A DNA stretch of 32,000 nucleotides, from the NCBI GenBank assembly GCA_039738635.1, contig JBCLLN010000004.1, forward strand, positions 15,404-47,403, written 5' to 3'. Of this stretch, positions 1 through 9,024 are shown one piece after another. This stretch comes from Candidatus Saccharimonadia bacterium (GTDB lineage Bacteria; Patescibacteriota; Saccharimonadia; CAILAD01; BJGX01). Position numbers and translations under genes: made by a program. The number at the start of each line of letters is the position of its first letter. Position 1 is the stretch's first letter. The notes beneath the pieces were generated by a model. That model had not been told where the DNA came from and searched no databases. It worked only from the letters and a program-made list of their open reading frames with translations.

Positions 1-156
1 GCTGCTGAAACCAAAAATCCAGACTTGTGTAATGAAATTCATGGAAATTCGTATTATTATGGGCCACGCGATGAAAAAATAAGTATTTCCGAACAAGGGG
101 CGCGTGAGGAATGTCGGTCTAACATCCAGCGAGGAATTACACCTGGCTGGTTCTAA
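1..156 (+). CDS. 3' end of an upstream gene (last 51 codons), product unknown
   Basis: Frame 1 is open from base 1 to TAA at 154-156 (...RGITPGWF*). It is missing from the ORF track because it has no start codon inside the window. Confidence 0.3.
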   Translation, partial: AAETKNPDLCNEIHGNSYYYGPRDEKISISEQGAREECRSNIQRGITPGWF

Positions 157-189
157 CTTCAGTCATGACGCTACACCATAGGCTGTGGG

Positions 190-1131
190 CTATTTAGCAC
201 TAGTTTTAGCAAGCAAGAAGCTCTTAATGGTGCTATAGGCAGTTTCTAGGCTTTTGCTACTGCACTTATCGAGCGTATCTTGACTGGTATGGAAGTACGG
301 ATACTCTAAATCGATTAATAAAATACTAGGCACGCCCACTTTAACTAGCGCGGTGTGGTCGTCCTTGATTTCACTATTAATTTTATTGCTAAAGGCCTTG
401 CCATCTGCCATCTGGCCTATTCTCCACATCATATCTACATCACCTTGAGCGTTTTTTTGTGACAAACCTTCTTTATAGAACCGTAAGTCCTTATCACAGA
501 CTAAATCAGGCACTATCGCTAGCTCGGGCTTTCCGCTAGGGTAGAGGCTGTCTATATTTTGGGCAAAGTAGGTAGAGCCCTTGGCCTGCCAATTATCATA
601 TGGGCCTGGCTCAAACTCCTCTGCATCAAAAAACACCACATCTATGCCTAGCTCATTAAATCTGAAGTCGTTTTTAATATCTTTAGCTAACTCTAAAAGC
701 AATGCCGTGCCAGAGGCAGAGTCATTAGCACCAGGCACAGGCAAGCTAGTATCTTGCTTGTCGTTATCAGCCCTATCCTTACTATCGTAGTGGGTGCCGA
801 GCAAAAACCGCCTTGGGCTGTCTGGATTAATACGACCAATAATATTATTAAGAGTTTTGCCACTAGAATCCACCCATACCTGATTAACGACTTGTATCTG
901 GCTATCTGTGAGGGTCTGGCTAATGTATGCCACTACCTTGCTATGCCCATCTGCGCCAACATACCTGGGGCCAAACTCCAGCTGGTCAGCTATTTTGGCC
1001 ATAATAGCATCGCCTATGGGGTAGTTTTTACTAGATTCCAGATAGCCACGCAATACTATTGCAAATATGACCACCGCCAGCATGGCCAATAATAGTTTGA
1101 TGATAGTTATTTTATTGAGTTTAATATTCAT
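190..1131 (-). CDS. Membrane-anchored M28-family zinc peptidase / glutaminyl-cyclase-like protein
   Basis: ORF 190..1242. Motifs HYDS, GANDSASGTALLLELA and FFDAEE fit the M28 aminopeptidase/QC fold. One N-terminal TM helix. I moved the start to the ATG at 1131 (MNIKLNK...) because the 37 upstream codons read through an intergenic tandem repeat (DFGRSRDFGRS). Confidence 0.75.
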   Translation of the reverse strand: MNIKLNKITIIKLLLAMLAVVIFAIVLRGYLESSKNYPIGDAIMAKIADQLEFGPRYVGADGHSKVVAYISQTLTDSQIQVVNQVWVDSSGKTLNNIIGRINPDSPRRFLLGTHYDSKDRADNDKQDTSLPVPGANDSASGTALLLELAKDIKNDFRFNELGIDVVFFDAEEFEPGPYDNWQAKGSTYFAQNIDSLYPSGKPELAIVPDLVCDKDLRFYKEGLSQKNAQGDVDMMWRIGQMADGKAFSNKINSEIKDDHTALVKVGVPSILLIDLEYPYFHTSQDTLDKCSSKSLETAYSTIKSFLLAKTSAK

Positions 1132-1147
1132 ATAATTATGCCTATTT

Positions 1148-1233
1148 GGCTTGCCAGTCCGAAGCTTTAGCGTAGGATGGCTTGACCGTCCGAAGTCTCT
1201 TGACCGTCCGAAGTCTTGACGTAGGAGGTTGAC
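1148..1233. repeat. Three tandem units of GGCTTG[AC]C[AC]GTCCGAAG followed by GTAGGAGGTTGAC, forming the proximal half of the long intergenic repeat
   Basis: Units at 1148-1164, 1179-1195 and 1199-1215. The same module occurs once each at 8517-8540 and 11196-11232. Confidence 0.8.
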
Positions 1234-1243
1234 GAGATTCATT

Positions 1244-1259
1244 CCAGGGAGACACCCTG
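1244..1259. repeat. Small hairpin motif CCAGGGAGACACCCTG
   Basis: 6-bp stem CCAGGG/CCCTGG with a 5-nt loop. The reverse complement occurs at 9109-9125, and a partial copy GGAAACACCCTGG lies near 7228-7240. Confidence 0.7.
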
Positions 1260-1536
1260 TATCACTGAATCAACTAGACAACCGTCTCATATTTTAGCAC
1301 CTTTCGGGGGTAAAGTGAGACAAATGAAACACCTGCAACCTATACAGGCCGTGTGCCATTTTCTACTAGCTATCAGGGGCGGCGATTATTCCAAGGGGAC
1401 ACCTTGGATCAACGGGTTGTTTTGCAACTCCTCGATTGTAAATATAATAATAACTGTCGTGTTCAAAGTGTTTGATAATATTCCGAGAAGGCATTGCGAA
1501 ATTATATTACACAAAATATCACCTATCAAGGTCGAA

Positions 1537-1632
1537 CCTTGAAAGAAAAGATTGAAAGATGAAAGAAAAAGGAAAGAAAAAGATTGAAAGAAACCTTGAA
1601 AGAATTGAAAGAAAAGATGAAAGATTGAAGGA
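1537..1632 (+). repeat. Purine-rich degenerate tandem array of (T)TGAAAGA
   Basis: TTGAAAGA at 1539, 1552, 1584, 1596 and 1605, plus TGAAAGA at 1617 and TTGAAGGA near 1624. The plus strand here is almost only A, G and T. The array lies about 80-175 nt upstream of the 1714 start codon. Confidence 0.8.
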
Positions 1633-1713
1633 ATAATTTACGCCAGACGCTTTTCATCTTCCCATATGATAGATTACTGATGTATACTTAGCCTGAACAT
1701 TAGTAAACACAAA

Positions 1714-4700
1714 ATGAGCGAACAATACCATCCAATACCTAAAGAGGCTCAGCACCATCTGGAGCAAATCCAGCACGATCCAACTCGTGAACATATAGCA
1801 GAGCATATCCAAAAGCTGCATCTTATAAAAAACTTACAGGAACAGCCGCGAACAGATGAAACTGCACAAGAAGTTGAGTTTGCTCCGGCTTTTGCGGGCG
1901 ATAGTGAACGCGTAAAACATCATATGAGTTCTATAGCTGAGCAGGCATCTGCAGCTCACGCTGAATTGTCATCGGGTCAAGACGCAGAGGTAAGCACCTC
2001 TGATATTTGGAGTCGCGTACTTGAGCGTCAGCTCACTTCTGCCACTGAAGCCAAGCAACGAGGAGATAGTGAAGCCGCAACGAGTTCGCTCGTTGATTAC
2101 TTAATCATTACTGGAATAATCTCATCGTCTCGAGGCGAAAGTTATGGCTATGAAAATTCTTCTGAGGCTCAAAAAGAAAAAGTTTCTAGAGTTTTGGACG
2201 AAATAATAGCTCGTGACTTAGCTCTAGAGTTAGTGGAAGCTGCCCATCAAAGCTACGGCCTGGTACATGTTGAAGCAAGTAGGTCTCAGGATTACGAATT
2301 TGATCTTTCTATGATTAAGTCACCTCCAAAAGTAGAGGTAACAAGCATTGCTCACACTATTGAAACGGTAAAACCACAATTAGAAATCATTACCAATAGA
2401 ACAGTTTCGGTAGATCCTGACGACCCTGCATTGGGTGAAACGCTTGTAGCTGAAGCTGTCCAGGAGCGCATCGAACAGCTTTCGCTAGAAGGTGCAGTAG
2501 CTACAGCAAAAGGTGTAGCTACTGCCGAACAATATGATGCAGAGCGTAAGCCTGACACAATAGACAATCTCACAAAACGAGCTCTTGCTGAGTTCTCCGA
2601 ACAGTCATCGGTGCGTCTCGATATGGCAGAACAACTGGTACGATTAAGTGAAGCAAATCCGTCGTTAAGTGACCCTTCAAAATATCAAAGAGAATTTCGG
2701 GCAATTCGTGCTATGAGAATTGTCAACTCTCATTACAGGGGCAACCAGCAAGAAATAGATCATGTAGATCAGGCTCTGGTTGGATTATGGGAGAGGGGCT
2801 TTAAAGACTTAGCTGGGAGGATACTAACTGCTGGTAACGAGATAGAAGAACGAGATGGCTATCCTGGCGGTGCTATCGGGCATATGGTGGGCTCCAAGCC
2901 AGAGCTAATGCAAGAGATACAGGCAGAAGTTCAACGTCGTCAGCAAGAGTGCCGGCAAAAACTAGCAGCCGTTTTAATTCCTCCCAAAGAGGATGCAGGT
3001 CAATCCTCAGGCTATTCTCATGAGCGTTCCGATGGTGAATCCATTATCCATAAAGTTATTGGAACACAAGACCCCGAAAGAGCCACTGAGATTGTGCTTG
3101 CATGGGCAAAGGATAATAACGCCGAAAAGATACTGTCCACACTGCGCCTAATGGATGACGACCCTAATGAAGGTTCTGGGCTTAATCTGATGCTTATACT
3201 CACAGGCAAAGAAAATCCTCTAATAGACTTAGATGAAGTTAGTAAAGTTATGGAGGCCACAACTGACCTTTCTCTACGCCACCATTTTCCAGAAACTACC
3301 ATACGGGATTCTGCACTGCTAGATAATAGCGAAGAGGGAGCAGACTTACGCGCAAGGGTGACAATGCTTCATGACGAATTTCCTTTAGACCTATTTGACA
3401 GCTACTTCATGCCACAAAAAATAAAATTCTTCGAAAGGGTATTCGAAAATAGCGACCCGCAGTTTGTTGATAATATTAAGCGCCTATTGGAAACTCCAGC
3501 CGTCAGTGGATTGCAGTCAGAGACCTTTACGGGGGCAAAGGATGTTATGTTGAAACTGCTGACTGGCGCTGTAGACGCAGAAGACACAGACCAATTCCTA
3601 GAAGAACAAAGAGGTTATTTACAATCACTTGAGTCAATGATGGCTCATCCACACTATGAGAAGCTAAAGCATCCGGATGAAGGCGAACTATATAATCCTT
3701 TCAACAATTTAGTTCTGAACTCAGTAACCACCGCCAGTAATCCAGCTGAAGGGATTAAAAATGTTGAAATGGTTTTTGATACTGATCTTACGAGGTCATT
3801 AAGAGCTCTCTATGAAGTAGCTCCGTCCGAAGCTGTTAGTGGGTTAGTGGCGGAAATCGCTGGGTCTTCAGATATAGCTACCTTAACCCAAGAATGGCAA
3901 GGACTGAGCGAGCAATTGAAGGCTGTGGCAGAACATCCGCTAATGGACATCTTGCGTCCTGGCGGGATGCTTCACAATATGGCTCCTGCAATTCTTAATG
4001 GCATTTTAGCCAACGAAAACAAAGTTGCTTTTTGCGAAAGCGTCTACAACTCCTTCACTAGACCACAACCTTTATGGAAAAGTCTATCTCGATTTACAGA
4101 ACTCCTGGTTGGCGAAAAGGTTGAGGCGCTTGGTGAAAAACAGCAGCATTTAGTTAAGGTTCTGCCATTTATGAGGCTCAGATTAGGAGTTTCACCTGAT
4201 AATGCTGGCCTGGACCAAATTGAAGGCTTCGAGCCCCATTCATTTTCTCAACTTACAGTAGAACAAAAACGTCTGATGACTACAGATCGGCTTGTTGGCT
4301 TATCAGATGAAGAAGTGACTGGGTTAGAAGCACTAACATTCGACAGACTTACCGACCAAGTCAAGCGAGCCTTATTCGCTTTTCAGCTTCAACAGACAGT
4401 CGAACAAAGTCGTGATAGCACCCAGAAAGAACAAGCCGATTCCCGTAATCAACAACTAGCTAAACAGCAAGTAGCAGTTATTCAGGCAGGCGATTTTCTA
4501 CACGGTACATCATTCGATTCTCTAACATCAATACTCCAAGATGGCAATGTGGCTGGTGAAGCACGTCGGGCTGCTTCAAGAGCCGACTCTTATCCCTACA
4601 ATGTTGACTTCGGCGTAATCAACGGAGCCGAGACCATTCAGGAGAAAATTGAAAGCACCATTAGCTTCCGAGGTTATGGTAAAGGTGGCCCTAAGGGTGA

Positions 4701-5700
4701 GGCTGGACAGATTATGCTGGTGTATAAGCGCAATCCCGATAGCTGGATGGCAGGCCAGGAAACCCAACCGGGCGAGCAACACGCCCTAATTTTTGGTGGT
4801 ATACCATCGACTGAAATAAGTGGTATGGTGCTGACTGATCCTTCAGCTACCCTGTCAGCTGTGAGCAGAACGGTAGTTGAAAATGGCTTTTATATACCTT
4901 TATATGACCGCCAAGGTAATATCCTGTTTAGTCCTGACGAATATAACCACATGAGAGACGATCTTAATATGGGTGTACAAATACCACCAGAAAACATTGT
5001 TGACAGTAGCATCAAGGCTGAAGACCAAAGAGGTATTAGTGAGGGTGGTCTTTACTTATTCCCAACAGAATCTGGCCCAGTTCGGTATTATGTTAAATTT
5101 GCCCAAAATCCTGACCATACATGGACTGAATACGCTGCCGATGAACTTTACAGGACGGCTGGTGTGGCAGTTCCTGACACAAAAGTCGTTATGGTGGAAG
5201 GCCGTTTGGGCAGAGCTTCCAGGTGGGTTGAGGAGGGGTCTGAGCTTCCGCCCGCCGAATCATCAACATTAGAAGATGGTGCAGCGATGGATATGTTACT
5301 AGCCAACTGGGATGTAGTCTTTAATTCTGCTAACACAATGACGGTCAATGGGAAAGTACTACGACCTGATTCGGGTAGTGCGCTTGATATTTGGGCAACG
5401 GGCGTTCCTAAATTAGAAGGAACATGGGTAGATGAGGTTGGAGAACTTAACGTGAGCAGTGATAGGACAAAACTATGGGAAGGCATGAGGCAGGAATATC
5501 CTGATTTAACAGACGAACAGCTTAGAACACAGGTAGGGCATATTCAGGAAAGATTAACTGATGATGTTATTGATAAGGTTTTTGATTCCATAAGACGGCC
5601 CCAACAAGCTCGCGATACTCTAAAGGCTACGCTTAAAGCTCGGCGAGATCACATGATTACAAAAGTCTTGGGGGCTGTACCGCCAACAGTGCTGGCATAA
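1714..5700 (+). CDS. Very large (1328 aa) multidomain protein with no signal peptide or TM helix; tentative ART-like and PI3/4-kinase-like C-terminal modules
   Basis: Uninterrupted 3987-nt ORF, with only short antisense shadow ORFs inside it. The N-terminal ~900 aa are acidic and look helical. FLHGTSFDSLTSILQDG starts at H930 (nt 4501). YYVKF has K1128. LLANWDVVFNSAN has D1200/N1204. RPDSGSAL has D1219. Confidence 0.85.
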   Translation: MSEQYHPIPKEAQHHLEQIQHDPTREHIAEHIQKLHLIKNLQEQPRTDETAQEVEFAPAFAGDSERVKHHMSSIAEQASAAHAELSSGQDAEVSTSDIWSRVLERQLTSATEAKQRGDSEAATSSLVDYLIITGIISSSRGESYGYENSSEAQKEKVSRVLDEIIARDLALELVEAAHQSYGLVHVEASRSQDYEFDLSMIKSPPKVEVTSIAHTIETVKPQLEIITNRTVSVDPDDPALGETLVAEAVQERIEQLSLEGAVATAKGVATAEQYDAERKPDTIDNLTKRALAEFSEQSSVRLDMAEQLVRLSEANPSLSDPSKYQREFRAIRAMRIVNSHYRGNQQEIDHVDQALVGLWERGFKDLAGRILTAGNEIEERDGYPGGAIGHMVGSKPELMQEIQAEVQRRQQECRQKLAAVLIPPKEDAGQSSGYSHERSDGESIIHKVIGTQDPERATEIVLAWAKDNNAEKILSTLRLMDDDPNEGSGLNLMLILTGKENPLIDLDEVSKVMEATTDLSLRHHFPETTIRDSALLDNSEEGADLRARVTMLHDEFPLDLFDSYFMPQKIKFFERVFENSDPQFVDNIKRLLETPAVSGLQSETFTGAKDVMLKLLTGAVDAEDTDQFLEEQRGYLQSLESMMAHPHYEKLKHPDEGELYNPFNNLVLNSVTTASNPAEGIKNVEMVFDTDLTRSLRALYEVAPSEAVSGLVAEIAGSSDIATLTQEWQGLSEQLKAVAEHPLMDILRPGGMLHNMAPAILNGILANENKVAFCESVYNSFTRPQPLWKSLSRFTELLVGEKVEALGEKQQHLVKVLPFMRLRLGVSPDNAGLDQIEGFEPHSFSQLTVEQKRLMTTDRLVGLSDEEVTGLEALTFDRLTDQVKRALFAFQLQQTVEQSRDSTQKEQADSRNQQLAKQQVAVIQAGDFLHGTSFDSLTSILQDGNVAGEARRAASRADSYPYNVDFGVINGAETIQEKIESTISFRGYGKGGPKGEAGQIMLVYKRNPDSWMAGQETQPGEQHALIFGGIPSTEISGMVLTDPSATLSAVSRTVVENGFYIPLYDRQGNILFSPDEYNHMRDDLNMGVQIPPENIVDSSIKAEDQRGISEGGLYLFPTESGPVRYYVKFAQNPDHTWTEYAADELYRTAGVAVPDTKVVMVEGRLGRASRWVEEGSELPPAESSTLEDGAAMDMLLANWDVVFNSANTMTVNGKVLRPDSGSALDIWATGVPKLEGTWVDEVGELNVSSDRTKLWEGMRQEYPDLTDEQLRTQVGHIQERLTDDVIDKVFDSIRRPQQARDTLKATLKARRDHMITKVLGAVPPTVLA

Positions 5701-5808
5701 ACAAATCATAAACTGAAACTAATAATCTCCTAGGCTTAGTAGTTACTCATATAATGCTACAGGCTATTGTAGACAACACTGTCTGTCTAGAATAAGTGGT
5801 ACACACCA

Positions 5809-5816
5809 TGTATAAT
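5809..5816 (+). promoter_or_regulatory. Candidate extended -10 promoter element TGTATAAT for the downstream hydrolase gene
   Basis: TGnTATAAT-type element lies 32 nt upstream of ATG 5848. AAAAGG lies 9 nt before the ATG. A similar TGTATACT at 1681-1688 precedes the giant gene. Confidence 0.3.
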
Positions 5817-5847
5817 GTTAGGTGTAATATGCATAAAAGGAATAAAC

Positions 5848-7212
5848 ATGCCTAAATCAAAAAAAATACAGCGTAACTCTAAGAAGAATCAATCAACCCT
5901 TTTGATAACTAAGCTTAAAAACCTGTCTAAGCTTAGTAGAGGTTTACTATTTGTAGCAATATTTGCGGTCGTTGGTGGTTCCGTAATATTGCTGGCGCAA
6001 GCCCTTAATAACAATAAGTTGCAGCTTTCGTCAGCCAACGCCGCATTATATTTTCACTTAATAAAAGACACCCCCGAATGGGAGAAAAACAGCCTTCCCC
6101 TTATAGGTAAACCACGATTAGTAATAACACGCGCGCAGGGTACAGAGGATGCAGAGCGATTTGCCATAAAAAAAATTCATGAGACCGGCGGTCTGGCTTA
6201 CCGCTATTTGCAATATTTCTGGTTCCCGGACAACAAAGCCGATCCGGATACTGGCCTCAACATCTCACAAAACCCCGACTGGATATATTGCAGGCAAGGC
6301 AACACTCCATTGTTTGGCGTCAGATTTGAAGGAGTCAAGTCGTACTTTCTTGACTTAAACGAACGAGCTGCCCGTGATAATATGATTGCTTTCTATAAAA
6401 AAATTAAAGATTGGGGTTACGACGGCGTATTTGTTGATATCGGACGCGGGGCCAGAAGTGGCAGAACCGACTATCCATTGGCAGACCAACTTATACCCGG
6501 CGAACCCTCAACCTGCACTAAAGATCCAATCGTTGCTAACCGTAGTTTTGCCGATAGCTATATAGAAACAATTACCCAGGCCAAAGCTTTGGGATTAAAA
6601 ACAATTCTTAACTATGACCGGGCTCATGTTCCAGGCAAAAAATTACCTGCTAATTGGTATAATTATTTAGACTGGACACTTGACGAAAGCGTTAATAACA
6701 GCAATATCCCCTGGCAAGAAATATACGACAGCAACAGATACGCCGAGCTTGATGGTCAAGGCAAAACCATTCAGCTAATTAAAGAAGACATAAAAGATGC
6801 CAATGGCAAGCCAATTACAAATAAAGACGACGTTTATTTTCGCTCTAGCCGGGCTCGATTATTTAGTTCTCCAATAGCCGTTAATTCGCTAAATTCCAGA
6901 CTTTACCCAGAACTTACTAGCGCCACACTCAATGGCCCGTTTGTGGCCGGACCTTTTACGATTAGTTGTGATGACACTGCTACAGGCCAATGCTTATGGG
7001 CCAGACGTTACTCGGGCGGATTGGTTATTGTTAATAACACTAACCAAAATAAGTCGACTAAAAATATCTGGCTTGGCACACAAAGCTGCCGAACAGTGAA
7101 AAACCTCTATAGCGGACAGCTCCTAGACGGTGGCGCTTGCATTACATCGCTTGATTTGTCTATTCCCGCTAAATCCGGTCGCATTTTCCTATATAATGTC
7201 CTAAATTTATGA
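5848..7212 (+). CDS. Secreted or membrane-anchored putative glycoside hydrolase, GH114-like TIM barrel (endo-alpha-1,4-polygalactosaminidase-like)
   Basis: ORF 5815..7212, with ATG 5848 preferred (MPKSKK..., purine-rich RBS). N-terminal TM/signal anchor LLFVAIFAVVGGSVILLA. YFLDLNERAARDNMIAFYKKIKDWGYDGVFVDIGRG resembles the GH114/GHL motif ...GFDGVFLD.... Confidence 0.4.
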   Translation: MPKSKKIQRNSKKNQSTLLITKLKNLSKLSRGLLFVAIFAVVGGSVILLAQALNNNKLQLSSANAALYFHLIKDTPEWEKNSLPLIGKPRLVITRAQGTEDAERFAIKKIHETGGLAYRYLQYFWFPDNKADPDTGLNISQNPDWIYCRQGNTPLFGVRFEGVKSYFLDLNERAARDNMIAFYKKIKDWGYDGVFVDIGRGARSGRTDYPLADQLIPGEPSTCTKDPIVANRSFADSYIETITQAKALGLKTILNYDRAHVPGKKLPANWYNYLDWTLDESVNNSNIPWQEIYDSNRYAELDGQGKTIQLIKEDIKDANGKPITNKDDVYFRSSRARLFSSPIAVNSLNSRLYPELTSATLNGPFVAGPFTISCDDTATGQCLWARRYSGGLVIVNNTNQNKSTKNIWLGTQSCRTVKNLYSGQLLDGGACITSLDLSIPAKSGRIFLYNVLNL

Positions 7213-7600
7213 GGACATTGATTCCTTGGAAACACCCTGGCTCAACCCTGGCTCAATATTTTGATGATAGCCTACAATCTCTTTGCAATCCAAACACTTG
7301 GCAGTATACATTCGAAAAAATCCGAACTGATTTCGCCCAAAACTGACTCGGCGAGCAGAATGCCCCCAGACCCCCATTCGGCTGAGCTCACGGCTGAAGC
7401 CATTGCACCCGCCAACAGAAGTGATCCTTTTGGATTGGACGATTTTCCTTCAACTTCGTTCAGGCCTTCGGCTCTGAGGCTCAGGCTCGAAGAGATGATG
7501 AGCGTAATCGAACCACAAGTTTTTCTTTGCTTTGTACTCAGTAGCTTCATGAGGAGGAGGGGCGGCAAATTCAGAAACCTAAAAAAAACTGTACAAATAG

Positions 7601-8185
7601 TTATTTTTTAAGATGATATGTTGCGTTAAAAAATACTATTAAAAAGCGGCTATATCTTGCTTCAACAAGCTTCAATCCGAATTTATTAAATACTGCTCTC
7701 CATTGTTTATCATTTTTATTGGTATGAGGATGACCAATAAATTCTAGATTTACCAAACTATCAAAAAAATAGGTTAAATATTTGTGAAATATGTTTGTAT
7801 AGATATCTTCGATGATGATGATTCTTTTTGATACCCTTCTTGCTTCTCTAATTATTTTCTCAGGATGTGGTGTATGGTGTAGAACCGTCACTATTAAGGC
7901 GAGATCAAATTTATTATCGTTGAAAGGAATTTTATTGCCATCGTATAAAATAGGTTTAATATCATCAACAAAGCTTAAATCTTGAATATCAAGAGGGACA
8001 ATATTATAGCCCTCTCCTAGTAAAATTTCAGAAACATTACAAGTACCCGCGCCGATATCTAAAATGTGATCCTCTTTATTTAAAAATGGTTTAATTTTAC
8101 TAATAAGATCATTAGCTCTTGCTCTTCCAAGTTTGTATATAATGTCCCGAAAAAATTTATTCTTTTGTAAAAATTTTACGAGCAT
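7601..8185 (-). CDS. Class I SAM-dependent methyltransferase (small-molecule type)
   Basis: Motif I ILDIGAGTCNV. Acidic post-I residue in VPLDI. Motif LALIVTVLHH. No DNA-MTase DPPY or PCQ motifs. The gene is visibly AT-rich. Confidence 0.8.
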   Translation of the reverse strand: MLVKFLQKNKFFRDIIYKLGRARANDLISKIKPFLNKEDHILDIGAGTCNVSEILLGEGYNIVPLDIQDLSFVDDIKPILYDGNKIPFNDNKFDLALIVTVLHHTPHPEKIIREARRVSKRIIIIEDIYTNIFHKYLTYFFDSLVNLEFIGHPHTNKNDKQWRAVFNKFGLKLVEARYSRFLIVFFNATYHLKK

Positions 8186-8204
8186 AGTTTTATTTCGATA
8201 ATTC

Positions 8205-8396
8205 CTAAATAGAGGTATTTAATGCTTTGGCTATTTTAGCAATTATGTGTACAGGCGGTTTTGTAACAACACCACTCTCAATTTTTGCAAGGGTAGTGTA
8301 TTTCACACCGGACTTCTGGGCAAAATCTTCTTGCGAAAGCCCTAGCTTATTCCGGTGTCTTTTGGTGTTTTCTACAATGTTATTTCCTGTTGACAT
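8205..8396 (-). CDS. XRE-family helix-turn-helix transcriptional regulator (63 aa)
   Basis: LGLSQEDFAQKSGVKYTTLAKIESG is a canonical HTH_3 pattern. It lies 19 nt upstream of the methyltransferase on the same strand. Confidence 0.8.
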   Translation of the reverse strand: MSTGNNIVENTKRHRNKLGLSQEDFAQKSGVKYTTLAKIESGVVTKPPVHIIAKIAKALNTSI

Positions 8397-8516
8397 ACTT
8401 TCATTAATTAGACTATCAAAAATTATGATTTATTTCAATCTCTTAAAGAAAAGCCCGCTTTTGGCCTTACTGAATCCAAAACGGCTTGAAATTTCCCCAA
8501 AAACAGCGGGCCAGAT

Positions 8517-8629
8517 GGCTTGTCAGTCCGAAGCCTTGACTAGAAACACAAAGAAATAATGGATGAGCTAAAATATGAACTCGCAAATATGTAAAAAGTC
8601 TATCTGGAAAAGGCCAGGCCTTTTAAACT
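8517..8629. repeat. Intergenic repeat copy 1 (long form, most diverged)
   Basis: GGCTTGTCAGTCCGAAGCCTTGAC-TAGAAACACAAAG-AAATA-ATGGATGAGCTAAAATATGAACTCGCAAATATGTAA...GGAAAAGGCCAGGCCTTTTAAAC. Hairpin AAAAGGCC/GGCCTTTT at 8608-8624. It ends 45 nt downstream of the stop of minus-strand gene 8674..9024. Confidence 0.85.
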
Positions 8630-8673
8630 TCCTCTGGATCAATCACTTATCAGCTTATGCTTTAACTTTTTGT

Positions 8674-9024
8674 TTAAGGCTGTGGGCCAACAAATCCTTC
8701 CCACCCACCTTCCGCATCAGCTATATTTGCATGTCTGTCGGCCAGTCTATCGCCTTCAGTCATATGGGCTTTTTCTGTCGTGGGATATAATTCATGAAAT
8801 ACTTCGTTTATGTCACGGGGTTGGTCGCCATAAGCTATTGTTACTAATGCACGCGTGAAGTGGCTACCTACCGTATCTCGCATCATCGCATCCCATTTAT
8901 CGGGCGTATAACCGAGCGAAAGGAGTTTAGCTCTAGCATCGTACGGACTCACCGTAAAGTCATCAGGATTTTCGTGAGGTTCTTGTTCGAAAGACTTGTT
9001 TGTGGGAATGTTAGTCATGGTCAT
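8674..9024 (-). CDS. Hypothetical acidic protein (116 aa)
   Basis: ORF bounded by two repeat copies. I recognise no motif. Confidence 0.5.
   Translation of the reverse strand: MTMTNIPTNKSFEQEPHENPDDFTVSPYDARAKLLSLGYTPDKWDAMMRDTVGSHFTRALVTIAYGDQPRDINEVFHELYPTTEKAHMTEGDRLADRHANIADAEGGWEGFVGPQP

Noticed and set aside
581-1092. Plus-strand ORFs 581..790 and 754..1092
   Set aside because: They are antisense to the M28 peptidase ORF, which carries clear catalytic-site motifs.
1315-1542. 75-aa ORF upstream of the giant gene
   Set aside because: It has no RBS and no motif, is Cys/Ile-rich, and runs into the purine repeat. I treat this stretch as non-coding leader or promoter region.
2352-5486. Track ORFs inside the giant gene (2352..2573-, 3018..3302-, 3402..3587-, 4576..4782-, 4973..5272+, 5148..5486-)
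   Set aside because: They are short, mostly antisense or out of frame, Ser/Leu/Pro-rich and without motifs. They are fully contained in an uninterrupted 3987-nt ORF and are typical shadow ORFs.
7261-7611. ORFs 7261..7611(+) and 7272..7568(-), and an RNase P / tmRNA / SRP RNA identity for this spacer
   Set aside because: The two ORFs are mutual antisense with low-complexity translations. GAAGGAAAATCGTCC differs from the invariant RNase P GAGGAAAGUCC, and I could not build the P4 or P1 pairings. There is no tRNA-like 3' end for tmRNA and no SRP domain IV motif. I kept it only as a low-interest finding.
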